Assembly (NCBI GenBank): GCA_002633005.1
Contig: NMRA01000141.1
Span: forward strand, 421,609 to 485,608
Source: Phoronis australis
Lineage: Eukaryota; Animalia; Phoronida
Length of the DNA stretch: 64,000 bases
Direction of reading: 5' to 3'
A model generated the notes under the pieces. The model saw only the letters and a list, made by a program, of their open reading frames with translations. It was not told where the DNA came from and searched no databases. This document shows positions 12,621-26,300 of the stretch, piece after piece (position 1 is the stretch's first letter; the number at the start of each line of letters is the position of its first letter). A program made the position numbers and the translations under genes.

Positions 12621-15600
12621 TGCAGGCAGCCTAGTACGTGTTGACATAACAGAGCCTGTTCAGAAGGGCCCACTGCACAGAAAATACATACCAACAAGTC
12701 TTATGACTTATCAGGACATACAGTACATACATACAGCCTTGTTGACTGCCAAACAGAAGATTGCGACTTATCAGAAGATATGTACCTACAACCCGTATGA
12801 CTGGCAAATTGAAGAATGATGCAGCCAGCTCAATAGACGAAATGAGCAACATATGTCCATGTAATAATACACACCTGCCCCTACAAGTAAGTACAGGTAA
12901 TACTGCCAATGATGGTGCTAATTCTACATATCTACTATAGACAGCAGCGGAAATCAAATCAAGCAATATATTTACCACCTCTATACTCAACTCAGTAGCA
13001 CTTGAAAAGTACACGCAGCACCATCTTTGAAAAACTAATGTTTCAGTTCATGATTTGACATGGAGCCAGTTAGCGTCAAAGTTCCTAATTGCAGTTGATA
13101 AAACCCAGGCAAAAATGGAGTTGGTTGATTGCTTCAAAAGAAAGATACACAGGCGTTGACTTGATTAATCCCAGTTTGAAGTTTGCGACTTCCACTAGAC
13201 CTTATTAGCATAATGGGCAACTTGTAACACCTGCTTTCACAGGAAGGTGCTCAGGTGTCTTCATTCAACAAGGAAGTTGCAGAGTACAGAACGTCAATTT
13301 ATAGCTCAATAGGAAGGAGTTTTTAACTTTTCATGATGACTGATCGAACAGTAGCACCAAATGATTTGAAGTTATCAAGTTCTGGACAATTTCTGAAAAG
13401 CTTCAACAATGTTAGAAGTCTTTGAAAAATGAAACAGGTCAATTTTGGTTACTACATTTGTCCAAACTTGGCAAGACCATGCTTGGTCCAATAAGTTAAA
13501 ACAGCATCATTAATTTACTTAAGAGCAATCCCTAAATGTTTTGGTAAAAAAATAGAAGAAAAACCGAAAAACACTGCAAAAACATCTCAAAAATTCTGTT
13601 CCATACCAGAACTTTCAGTTCATAATATCAAAGGCAAGTAAGAGCAAACGAACCTAACAATTATGAAAACTATATTAATTTCTACCCTGTTTACATAGTG
13701 TGACATCGTTAATAAACATGCCATCATGGTTGGTGTGCTGCATAACACTAACAGGTGGAAAGGCTGAGGTAATGATTGATTATAAGGACCTCAATTAAAG
13801 TATGCTAGGAATATCACTACCGTAAAAATTCAGGTCAACACCCTGCCCACATAAGCGCCCCACTTTCCGCTTTCAAAAATTTTCAGATTACGCAGTCACT
13901 GCTCAGCCTAAGTGCTTTTTATATCCTAAAATATTAGACAAAGTTTCGCTTGCAGAGTAACTACCGGAGTTAAGCTTTCACAATAACCGAAACTTCGCTA
14001 AAAAGAAGTTTTGCCTCTAATGAGAAAGCCCTGTAAGCTGTGTGGCAAACTGAGCACAATAGACTAAGAAGCCTCCTTCACTGCTGAGGTAATCACACAT
14101 GCTCAACACTACAGTTTGTAGGTTACTGTAATCGTGTTACAGTGGTACCCCCACACTGTGCCTGAATGCAGGGTGTACCATGGACTATCTGAGGGTACAA
14201 ATAAAAGATTTACTTCAGGTCGTTCTTCAAGCAAGCTTGAAAAAGTTAGCATCACCAACAAGCTTTATAAAAAAGATAGAGGAGAACTTAGAGAAAACAA
14301 AACTTCTATTCGAGTATATACGTTCACACAATGTCAGACATTTTACTTTTACAACTATCACAGCTTAACATAAGTGTTTATTGCAAAGCCATTAGTTCTG
14401 GCAAGGGCCACCAACTCTTTCAAGTCTGCTTCATATAAATTATACCTTATCTGTTAATTTGCTTTAAGAGGATTTTTTTGACCAATTTGTTGAGTTAGGC
14501 TGCTTATTTCACCATTTACATATATACTTCAAGTCATAGTTGGCAAGGAAATGCCATTCTAAGCAATATTACAGTAAAATAATGGTGAAAAAATGCTCGA
14601 CTTTTCTTTGAGGTCTGGCATCACAATGATAATTGATCTAATTTTTGGGGGCCTCCTGGACAATGCCAGAGCCGAGATAACTTAAGATCATATCAGTCTT
14701 ACCTTTGAATGTTCAGTAACGAGTGAGCTTAAGTTTTCAGTCATGGACGAAACTGGAGTGCCCGTACAAACTATACGCCAGATCTCACAAAATACATTAA
14801 TGTTATCCATCATCATCATCAGTAGAGTACAGGCAAACCCTTATCTTTAAAGCAAAAAAGCCGGCACACCTCATCAAATCTATGTCAATTACATGCAGAT
14901 ATAAGAATGCTTATCATTTTTTAACATTTTGTTAAATGTGCATTTTCCCTTGTGTAACTGGCTAAAAAACGAAAATGGAATTGGGTCTTTTACATTTAGT
15001 AATTATGAAGTTACAAATCACACTGACTTCTACACATTACTATTTGACGTAGGCTTTGTAGAAGAAATCACTGAAACATCTGCTCCTGGGTACACGCTGA
15101 TGAGGCAAACTTTCGATTTGGAACACTCACCGCAAAAAATTAGTCTTGTGATGTGAGTCCTTACTTTGAATGTAAGTGATTTCTCAGTTTGCAAAGAACT
15201 GTGAGCATGTTATTCCTAGAAACGGTGCTCAATACATAAAATGACAGCATTACATAACACAACTTGCAGAGGCTGGTCTCAAGTAATTAACTGAAATGTC
15301 AGTGCCGCTGGAAGCCCTGAATCCCCTCGAATTTGACTAAAAAGGCACTTTCCTACTATCGATGACGTGTCGATATTTTGGGGAGTTGCAGTCAATATGA
15401 ACGGTTAACTTCAGTCCTGGATTGAAGTTAACAGCTCCAGTTAACTTCGCAGTAAACAGGCGGATTTAACAGCAGACATCAATGCTGCGGTGCGGTATGA
15501 ACGTCAACTCTCATCGAAGATATCACCAGGGGCCACTGCTATTAAAGGTAGTGTCGTTGCTAACAGTGGCTTTTATTTTGATCAAATAATCACCAATCTG

Positions 15601-17154
15601 AATAAGAAATAAGTTTTTTATGTCACTTAGCACATGCAAATGTTCTCAAATTGACACATTAAAGCAATCTTAGCGCGCATGGGATGCATCAGCGCTACCT
15701 AGCGATTACTTCTACGATAACAGCATCACCTACCATTTACTTCAACGCTGTTAACTACCAAAGCTGGTATGAACAATTCAATTAACTTCACGGAGATAAG
15801 TTATTATGAAAAGGCTTTAAAGAACAACTTAAAACCAATTTCATAATGGTAAGTAGTCTAAATGAAAACTACATTATTGTTATGATGGACAGCAGGCTTG
15901 TACCTGCTTTAACACAGCTAATCTTCTCACAAAATCATTACCAATTTTTGACACCATTAAGATGATTAGATGCCCATGTCTCTAGCTGTGGAGACAGAAA
16001 ATGTCAATATGTTGCTATACCAACAATCTATTTGTTCTCATCAAATGCATATGTGTCAAGTCAACTAAAAAGTGCTATCAATCTGCATCAAGGTTCATTG
16101 CAATCCCCAGCAATTCCATCTTTAGAATCAAAATGGTCAAATTCTTCCACATGAAAATTGCAATATTATTGAATTCCATAGGCGTGTTTAGTCCGCAATG
16201 GTAGGAACAATGCCTATCAATCAGGAACACCGTGATCGTTTAGAGAAAATGACCTAGCATAGGATTTGAACAAATTCTCATGAGCTGCCTCCAGGTGCAC
16301 TCATAGTATACCCCATAAAGTTCAGAATCCATTTTCTTTAAATTGAATTATGCAAATCAGCTCAATCCATTTTGTCTCTCCTTCTACACAACATAGTCCA
16401 AATGTGTTAAACATTGCACCTGCTATAAACACAGCGTCATCGGTCCGCTATAAAAATTAAATGCAAAACCCACTTCCCACCTTCCAGTGAAAAACCAACT
16501 ATGATAAAGGGCAGGTAATTGAATTCCTTTCACCGAATCTACTCATTGTTGTTCAAAGTTTCTTGTCATGTACTATGTAAACAAGTAAAATCTAAGAATA
16601 CCAAATTTGAATTATGTGGAAAATCTTGGACACAGGTAGACACAAGAACCTAGGGTAGAACTGTACATGAGCAAGTACACATCATGAACCTCTCGAGTAC
16701 GTAGAATGAATTTGACTGTGCATTTGCACCTCACAAGACAGGAATTGAAAAAGACAGAGATGTTGAACTTCAGTATTTTTGGCAAATTTTCACTAAATCC
16801 AGATTCTAATAATTGTAAAAAACTGCAGTTTGATTGATGTTTTTTTCAAAGTGTATTACTTGCCATTCTCAAATTTTTGTAGTCTGTAAAACCCTCAACA
16901 AAGCTTTGAACCTAAGCACTAAGGCTACGAGACGGCCAGGCCGCCTGCACCGAAATTCCACATGATGGAATTGTTTCGACATTCACCACCAAACAGCTGC
17001 TTAGTTAAAAAGTCAATTTCTCCCACCATCAACACCATGTCCTGGCATACAGATCACGTGCCCCCTGGTCGACTGGTAACAAACGTGGGATGTTTGCAAG
17101 TCACTGTGATGTGACTCCGAACTTGAGGCGTTCTCGGGACACACTTCGGCGTTG

Positions 17155-19471
17155 TTACATGGCGGAATTCTTCGAATTCCGACAAGTATGTTGTTCTGCC
17201 ATCAAGTTTGTTACTTGGCGAAATAAATTTCGCCAAGTATATTGCTCTGACACTATGTTTGTTTTTACTTGGCGAAATAAATTTCGCCAAGTATGTTGCT
17301 CTTCCACTAAGTTTTTTTTTTTGTTTGTTCGCACGATACAGGTCGCAATTTTCGTCCGATCATCACGAAATTTACACACAACACGTACTTCCGGAAGTAC
17401 TGGAAGCCTATTGTTTTTCGTCAAAATCGGATCCAAGATGGCGGCTGTGGCGGCCATTTTGTTTCCTTTTAAAGGTTCAAATGCTTCTGGAGGCTACAAT
17501 TTTTTACGTAAAAGGCTAAAAATCGGCACAGTAAATGGACCGGAAGTTTGCTACAAGTATGCCGGAAATTGTTTACTTCCGGTTAAAGATGGCGGAAATA
17601 TCGGCGATCGCGCATGCGCACCTCGATTTTGGCCTAAAAACGTTTTCTCCTGTAGAGGGCGCATTATCAGACCAATTCTTTCGAATTTTTACAGGTATTA
17701 GTTTCTTATGATATGCTATTATACAAAACCAAAAAACCGGAAGTTGCTTTCAAGATAGCGGATCTGGCGCATGTTGACCCATTTTCAGTCGTGCTGGAGT
17801 GCGATTTTAAACGGGTAGAGAAAAAGACGTAATTTTTTGCATGTAGATTCTTTGAAGTATTATCTTTCAAATGGCCTGTAACAATTTTTTTCTCAGACTT
17901 ACCGTTTTCGAGTTATTTGACTTTGAATTTCTTAAAAAAACGCAAAATTTCATTTTTTTTCGAAAAATTTACGGAATTAGGCGATACCATAAGTTTAGAT
18001 AGAATTTTGAATGGGATTTCAGAAGATGTTTTCCATTTTTCGCTAGGACGTCTACTTTTCGAGTTATTTGAGATTTTATGATAACGCTGTTCCTTTGTTG
18101 AGCGCTCTTGCTGCATTGATGTTGGTTTATCTTCTATTGAACTAGACTGTAGCCTATTTCTTATTGATTTATGACATCTATGTTCGTCATATGAATGTTG
18201 TGATGTTGTTCATCATCGCCTCCACCATAATCATATTCGTCATCATCGTCGTCATCTTCGTCATCATCTCCGTCTTTTCCTTAATTTCGCCAAGTGTCGC
18301 TCAAGACTAGCCTTTTTCTTACTGATTTCGGACTCCTACGTTTGTCATGTGTATGTTATTATTACTTCTTTTGTTCATCCTCGCCACCATCTTCGTCATA
18401 TTCGTCATCTTCGTCATCATCTTTATCGTCATCTTTTTGGTTAATTTCGCCAAGGTTCGCTCCTCGGAGCGCTTTCATTTTTTTTTTGTTCGCACTCTAC
18501 AGGTCGCAATTTTCATCTGACTCGCACGAAATTTGCACACGATATGTAGATCTGGAAGTCCTGGAAGCCTATTGTTTTTGGTCATGATCAGATTCAAAAT
18601 GCCGGACGTGGTGGCCATTTTGTTTACAGTTACAGATTCAAATGCTCATAAAGGCCGCATTTTTCAACGTACAGAGCTGAAACTTGGTACGATTATTACA
18701 GAACACAAGTACTATAACTGCACGGTAAATCGTTAACTTCCGGTCAAAAATGGTGGAAACATTGGCCATGGCGCATGCGCACCTCGATATCTGGCCGAAA
18801 ACGTTTTCTCCTGTAGAGGGCGCATTGGTGAACCAATCATTTTCAATCTCGTCACCTGTCTCTTTCGTTTGATTGGCTATTATGAAAGTTTGTTTAACCG
18901 GAAGTCACTTTCAAGATGGCGGGTCTGGTGCATGTTGACCTATTTTCAGTCGTGCTGGAGTGCCACTTTAAACGGGAAGCAAGAATGACGTGAATTTTTG
19001 CATGTGGATTCTTCGAAGTATACCCTTACAAACGACCTGAACAATTTTTTTTCTCAGACTTACCGTTTTCGAGTTATTTGACTTTGAATTTCTTTAAAAA
19101 ATGCAAAATTTCGTTTTTTTTCAAAAAAATTATGGCATTGTGTGATACTATCTATTTAGATAGAGCTTTGAACGGGCTTTCACAAGATGTTTTCCATTTT
19201 TCGCTAGGACGTCTAGTTTTTGAGTTATTCGAGATTTTCTGATAGCGCTGTACCTTTGTTGAGCGCTCTTGCTGCATTGATGTTGGTTTAGCTTCCATTG
19301 AACAAGACTGCAGCCAATTCCTTAGTAATTTCTTCGCTAGTCACATGAATGTTATCGTGTTGTTCATAATCGCCGTCTTCATCGTTATCATCGTCATCAT
19401 CGTCGTCGTCCACCCCATTATCGTCTTTTCGCTTAATTTCGCCAAGTGTCGCTCCTCCGAGCACTCTCGTT
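17155..19471 (-). mobile_element. Helentron/HINE-type non-autonomous rolling-circle element with tandemly duplicated ~1.15-kb body
   Basis: Hairpin TACTTGGCGAAAT-AA-ATTTCGCCAAGTA (two perfect copies, one degenerate) at one end. Matching subterminal ATTTCGCCAAGT plus mini-hairpin GCTC-CTCC-GAGC at the other. (TCA/TCG)n tracts; body repeated at ~17311-18300 and ~18476-19450. Confidence 0.7.
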
Positions 19472-19960
19472 TGTATAGTTCTGGAAATATCATTTAGCGT
19501 GATGTTTGCGACAATGTGTTGCACCCGATTATTGCACAGGGTTAAGTTGTCTTTGTAATCACTATGTTTAATCATTCCCACGTTAAAAAAAATCAGTATT
19601 GTTACCCCCGCATTGTGAGCCTCAAGTCTACTGGCATTAAAGGCCAAGTATGGCGCCAAAATGACTACTTTTACATCTTAAATACATTTATTGATAAAAA
19701 AACATCAAAATACTGTGTCATAGCATACCCCAGTCGTTAATTAAGTAGGCCTTCGACAATACAGTAGCCCCATCACGAACCCCATTCAGCGCAAAAAAAA
19801 TTGAGACGGCGCTTGCACTAATCGAAGTCTATGACATCATCGTTACAATGAATTTGGCTTTCACCGTGTATTGGAATCAGAGATTACTCGTTTTTTAATT
19901 TAGTGCAAAATACATGGAAAATCAAGGAAACACATTAATTTTTCATTTCATGTCAGTTAA

Positions 19961-21383
19961 GGTTATTTCAAACTTTATTTAGTGGCCTCTATTCTAACTC
20001 GTATATCAAAAAACTAAGCTTTGTCAACTAGTAAAAGTATATATTTTCTGAAAGAACAAAGAACAGGAAATATAAATATACTTTTTGTATTTATTTGTCA
20101 TTATTATTTTTACGTAAAAACCTTTTTTAAGTAAAAATTTTATTTTTAAGAAAGGTACATTCATAGCAAAATAACCCCTCGGTCGATTTTAACGAAACCT
20201 TTTTTAAATGAAAACTTCATCAATTACCTCAAAAACGCTGTTAGGAATTTTCGATTAGTTTGTTCGTTTGGTTTCTATGACAAATAAACTCGCAAAACGT
20301 AAGGTATTTTTGTAACAAATTGAAGTCGTATTCGTCTTTGCCACATTACACAAAAACTAAGCTTTTATATCAAAAATCCTAACAGTGTTTTTGAGATTGG
20401 TGACTAAATATTAAGTTTGGAAAGTTTCAGCGAAATCTATCGAGCCATTTTCGAGAACTCGTGTTCCTAAGTTCAAATAAAGTCGATTTGCCGAAGCCAA
20501 CAAAAAGCCGATTAAAGTGGGACACTTGAAAATCTCTAAGTCTTTGGTTAATTATTCTGTGAAAACTTGTTTTCGGTATACATAACCTATAGAATCCTTA
20601 ACTATGTCACCTATTTCAATGTTTTCTTGCAATGTCAACTAATTTTGCAGTGCGTAACTAACTTAAATATCATTAAAACCTCAAATAGACCTATCTTTCG
20701 CGGCCAACTTCTGCCGTTTTGTGCGACCTACTTAGAAAAGTAGGTCACAGTTCATAGCCTGTACACGTCACGTGCTGGGAGACTGATAACAAACTAAGTA
20801 AGAAACGGATAACAAAAATAGAATTGGTGGTTAAAGTAAGACGTTAACATGAAACCGAAACATCGAAATGTTAACTTAATAATTAAATTAAGGAATAATG
20901 GGGAAAATTTATCTCTTTTCACAACTTTCTGTGTTCATGACCAGACTGAGGCCTGAGGCAACTCGTAGCATTCGTTTTCAACGTCAACGGTCGTATGCAT
21001 GTAGACGCACAACTCCCTTAGGATCAAAACTACGTTTTGTCTTCGTTTTCCCCGGCACCATTCTATCATAACCACACCTCGTTGGTTCAATGTTATGGCG
21101 AATTTGTGAATGAAAGGACTGAGGGTATACCGAAGCTGTTCTGTACCTGGCGGGAGACTCGATTTACTTGAAAGCCCTTTAACCTTTGACCTTGGATAAG
21201 TGGTAAACAAATATCCACGCGGTTGTGTGGTTCCAAGGTGGTTCTGCCAAATCTTTTTTTTCTCGCTACGCAGTATATATTTCGTATTTGAAGTTCCCCG
21301 AGAATGAAGATAAGGTATTTTGCTAGACACAAGTGAAATATTGTAAAAATGGCCTATTTTTGTGAATAAGGTTGGAAATATCC
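19961..21383. mobile_element. Kolobok-like non-autonomous DNA transposon (TTAA TSD)
   Basis: TTAA|GGTTATTTCAAACTTTATT ... AATAAGGTTGGAAATATCC|TTAA: imperfect 19-bp TIRs, purine-purine terminus and TTAA flanks. Confidence 0.75.
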
Positions 21384-21452
21384 TTAATATTAAAATTAAT
21401 CAAAATCACTACCTTTAGAGTTTTTATTCAATTATTTAGCACACATTCTAAT

Positions 21453-21702
21453 ACGGGCCCGTATGGGAATCCCCAGGAGTGTGACCGTCGGGGACTGAAC
21501 ATGACCGCCGGGGATTGAAACCGCATATTGCCCGGCGGTCATGTTCAGCCCCCCGCGGTCCTGTTTTCTGGTGGGGCGGTCATGTTTTTAGGTGCATCAG
21601 TCACATTTTCTGGTGTGACGGTCCCATTTGATCCCCGGAGGTCCTGTTTTGGGTGAGTCAGTCCGATTTAGAGGACCGGCGGTCATGTTGTTTCTCACCC
21701 GT
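21453..21702. repeat. GC-rich cluster of ~22-bp CGGTCATGTT repeats in both orientations (MITE-like)
   Basis: AACATGACCGCCGGG versus repeated CCCGGCGGTCATGTT / CGGTCCTGTTTT motifs. Confidence 0.55.
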
Positions 21703-22326
21703 GATACACAACAACTGGTTTAGGTGACCAACTTTGAGAAACTGTAAGTTACAGTAATTGTTGTTATTGGCAGACAAAGTGATCCACTGTCTCCCCAGAG
21801 ACTTTTCCAATCTATGGTGGTGGGCAATCTCTAGCAGCCAAGATCAAGTCAATAATAATACATTTAACATGTAAATTCCATTATTACACCAACTGTACAA
21901 AACACAAAATTTATGTACAGGATAATTTGTTTTGTTTTTTTGGGAGAGGTTTGGGATGATTGCCAGGTTGGGTGACCAACTCCAATCAGGCAATTTATGG
22001 AGTCTCATACTTGTGGCTGAAGTGATAAGGGTTTTCTTTTCTGTTTATCACCTTTGGGTTCCATAAAGGCCAGTGTTGATAAGAATCAGAACTCAACAGC
22101 TAGTTATTCAAGTGCAAACTGCCCACATGACCCAAAAATGGTATATAAAGAGTTAACTAATGTTTCTGTCTCCTATTGAGAGTACAGATAACTGAACCAG
22201 AAATGTTCAATACAACAATATCAATATCTCATTACAGTGAAAGAATTTCACTGATCACTTCTCCCCACACAGAGACTCCTGTCAGACATGCAGTTAATTG
22301 GCTTGACTAGTAAATCAGTCAATACA

Positions 22327-22795
22327 TAGGGTGTTCTATCAAAACAGGAACCCCGGTCAAAAACAGATATCCCAGAGTCAAAAACAGACTCTCGCACCTT
22401 CAAAACTGCTAATCAGCTCGAAAAATAGGAACCCCAACCTTTAAAAACGTAATCCCGGGAATCAGACAGCAGTGGTGTAATGATAAATTTAGAGGTAAGT
22501 AGGTGCCCAAAGCCCACCGTATCACACTGAGCACTGAACGTAACTTACGGTGCGTAGACGCTACGTTCAAATGCCAAAAGGTGGTTGGCTGCGCCTACGC
22601 CCCACTACAGCACTGTCAGACAGGAAATTTTGGGACCAAAAAAAAATTGTCCGGGTTTCCTGACCAATCCCCAGCATTGCTGTTTTAAAAGGTCAGGGTT
22701 CCAGGATGGTTAGCTGTTTTGAAGGTGCGGGAGTCTGTTTTCGACTCCAGGTTATCTGTTTTCCACCGGGGTTCCCGTTTTGATGGAACACATTG
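22327..22795. mobile_element. MITE with long TIRs and 5-bp TSD (ATACA); same family as 42472-42797
   Basis: ATACA|TAGGGTGTTCTATCAAAACAGGAACCCCGG ... CCGGGGTTCCCGTTTTGATGGAACACATTG|ATACA. Confidence 0.85.
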
Positions 22796-23099
22796 ATACA
22801 GTACAAATGGAAGAACACATATCGTACTTGTTGCTCAAATTGTTCAATTCAAGCAAGTGATAGGATGTGCAGCTAACATTTTTTGAAGGACACAGAAAGA
22901 AAAATCATGCACTCCATGACCAAACATTACCAAAAGGCTCAGATTTTTCATATTGGCGCTCACTAGAATAATGAGAATGTGAAAGAGACTTGATCCCAAC
23001 TCAGATTCGGTAGACAGAAATCCACTTACTACATGGTGGTTCACTACTTTAAAAGCCAAGGAATAAATCCAACTATCAACCCATAGGATTACTTGATCT

Positions 23100-23327
23100 G
23101 GTTAAGTTTGCAAATTTATTTATCTTTCTGACATCAGCTAGGATCGAAATTCTCCCGCTTTATCAGTCGCACCTCAACTGACTTCGCAACTGCGAATTCT
23201 TCTTCGTAGCGGGAAATGTACGGAACATGATGTCCTTCATCCATGGATATTTCAAAAGGTCTGCCTTATTACATAACCCATTAATACACCCCACCGCACA
23301 GAAGTGGAAATTTGCCAGCATTACCAT
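23100..23327 (-). pseudogene. Degenerate THAP zinc-finger fragment (probably transposon-derived)
   Basis: MVMLANFHFCAVGCIN...IMFRTFPATKKNSQLRSQ, frameshift, then RLIKRENFDPS*...ICKL. Fits the THAP pattern C.xxGC.N...F..FP....R..W...I.R..F.P....IC..H. Confidence 0.6.
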
Positions 23328-26300
23328 ACCAGGAAAAGCGCTACAACAGTTTATACCAGTAGGATGAAACGCCCACATTACTAAGAAGCTGCGCGTGCCA
23401 CTGAACGCATATCCACCAAATATCCAATCTCAGTCTGGCGGGATAGTGAATTTCATTATTGCATGGCTACTTTGAAAATCACCAACTGGAATGTAATTTG
23501 GCAAAACTCACAGCTGTACACAAAAATCTTTAAGCCTCACTAACAGTCAAAATAATACCGTAAAACCCCGATTTTATACCAAAACGGTCACAAAAACTGG
23601 CTAAACAAAAGTGGGTCAGCAACAGTAACCAAGTTCACCACCTGTGAAAACAGTGCATTGACAATCATTAGAGAGGACAAACCACTGCATGCTTCATTGA
23701 TCTTAACAATGAAAACATAAAGAAAGTATACATGCCAAATTGTTAGGATATACTGACCTATTTTCAGCATAAGCTCATTTGTATAATTGTCCCAGAATAG
23801 ACAAGTTGGTAAAGACTTATGACAATAGGTTTTTAAAAACAACTAGGCATATCTATGTGATGATATTTACCAAACAGAACAATGGTTTCAACCCTGAGAT
23901 GTCAGAGCTTGATGGAAAATTCAATCTGCTTTAAGGTTATTGCTAAGGGGGTGACAAACTTTTGAGAAATGAATGATGTCAGCAAGGAAAATTTCAGGAG
24001 CGCATCCTGTGTGAATGGTGCAAAATAATTTCACTGGCGCACTGTGATTGCTTAACTCAGGCCAATGGGTTCATTGAAATTGAAAGCCAAGAAGGACAAA
24101 AAATAACATGGTCCATAGGCCCTCCAAATTGGCCCATTAGACTTGAGGCCATGTGGGTTAATTCACCCATATCCACGTTTTTCTAAAATGATCCCTGTGC
24201 TCCATAAGACTCCACAAAAGGTTGATCTATCTGTGGGTATCCAACTGTAATGATTTGAGCTAAAGCGACAATAAACCTATGTTCCATTGAAAAGACACTT
24301 TTGATTCAGACCACATTCCACTAGGAAATTGATCTCAACTTGTTCCCTACTCAATGAGAAGTGATTTTTGATCTTGCCAAGAATGGATGATTTTTACTAG
24401 AGACATGATGTACACCCTGACAAGTCAACTAGTGGAGCCTTATTCTTCAGCAATAACAAACTGACAGGTTCTTTAAGTTCAGAACTCAAATTTTTATTAA
24501 GGAACAATTACAGACCAGTTTCATAACAGTAAGCGGTTTAAATGTGAAGTTGTTTTTTGTGATGGTAGCTAGTTTCATAGACACTTTAAAAGAAACAAGC
24601 CACTGGAAAATTTTTCAGTGCAGCGAATATTCAAAATTGCTTTAAAAATATCACTAATATCATGATCTAGGTCATTGGATCAGTTTAAAATTCTTATTCC
24701 AATGAGGTTTTCCTTAAAATTTGGCAAAGAAGACCTCACCATCATTCAAGTAAACAACTTCTGGCTTCAGTATGACATTAACATATGGTATTTACATCAG
24801 CCCACAATATGTAGTCTTTTCAAATCAAACTGATGGATCACAGTCTCATGACATTTAAAACAACTTGATATAGCAAAACACATAACTTTTTAAGCAATGT
24901 GAACTGTTTAGCCAATTATTTATACAATTTGCTAAATTTTAAACAAATGTCAGTGACTAAGTGATGGCTAAAATAAGAACAAAACACAAACTCCTGACGC
25001 TGATAATATTAGACAATATAGAAATTGGCAAAAACACTTTAAAATCCAATAGAAATACATATTAGCATAAATTAAGTTGTGCCTTCTATTTAGTATCGGA
25101 TAAAAACGGAAATGTCTGGTTTTTGCAAATGAAAGACAAGGCAGTCCTACAAAAAATTCTGTTCTCACTCACTCTTCTGAGATGAGTTGGTCAGAGCCTA
25201 TATGTTTCATTACTAGGAAAAGCATATTTTTGCTGTGAAAATATTTTGTACTTACAACTGAGAAACATATTCTTCTGACACACTGCTAAAGAAATGTTTT
25301 GTGTCCTGCGCATGTTGTAGAACCAGCCATGTCAGCAAACAAAGCATACTATTGTCAACTGCATTTTTATTAGCTGTTTGTGGACCTCAGAAATATCTAT
25401 AATCGATAGTTTTTTGTAAATTACAATGTTTTAATGTCTTGAAGAGTGACATGTTTCAATAAATGTTACTAGTATATTCAAGTTTCATTTTGAGCCCACT
25501 CACCCTGAGACTGCAGGTAAAAGAACAATCAGAGATCCAGTGGCACAATTAAGCAGAATAAAGAACATTAGCAATATCATGGAGCTTGTGTAGAACACCT
25601 GTAATTAGCCTGCACTGGCATGAATGCCATCACATGACGTCAACTGATTACGTTGTTTGTTCAAGCCTGAGTAATAAGCGACAATGTTAGGCTCATCTTG
25701 GCAACACATCACCTATGGATGCCATAGGAATACAGGCAATAACCCTGATTTATTTTTAATAATAAAATGAAGTATACTAGAAACAATACATAAGGAAACA
25801 GGTACATGTGAATGATAAACACACTGTCAAAACTACAATTTTGGTATGGCCCCTTAATTTTTTGTTGTAAATATGCAAATTATAGGTTACAGTTGTGGCA
25901 AAGGAAAACATGGCTGAGGACAAGCAATTTTAACATGTGGCAAAGTAAATTTTACTGGTAACGAGACTGAATATTAATTTAATTACAAAGAGTAAAGAGC
26001 CAACCTGAATGGCATGCCTATGTCTGGCACGTGTACCAGACCGTCTCCTTCAATTATTACTATTTAACAGATCAAAGAATGTCAAAAAAGACAAAGTTAT
26101 TATTAGATCTCAAGTTGTTGCCACACTTTCTAGTTTTCAGTAGTCACTACGCCAATTCCAAATCACTGATTAAACCTACGGAGCTAGCGAGCAACTGGTA
26201 GCTTCTGACAAGTCAAATGTATACTAACCTTGTAAAAAATTCTCTTCCTTTCTGACAACATGCAAATTTCATAGAGTAAACAAAGAAATTACTGATTTTG

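Noticed and set aside
14702-14820. Minus-strand frame MMMMDNINVFCEIWR...HSK ending at a gtaaga donor
   Set aside because: Starts in an (ATG)n microsatellite and overlaps a SINE-like GGGCACTCCAGTTTCGTCCA segment; not supportable as a coding exon.
15095-15125. CTGATGAG hammerhead-like core
   Set aside because: Stem II is poor, no GAAA follows, and flanking stems are absent.
17090-17701. 203-aa ORF, and the Ser- or Asp-rich ORFs at 18294 and 19288
   Set aside because: They lie in the non-coding Helentron-like repeat; low complexity comes from (TCA/TCG)n tracts.
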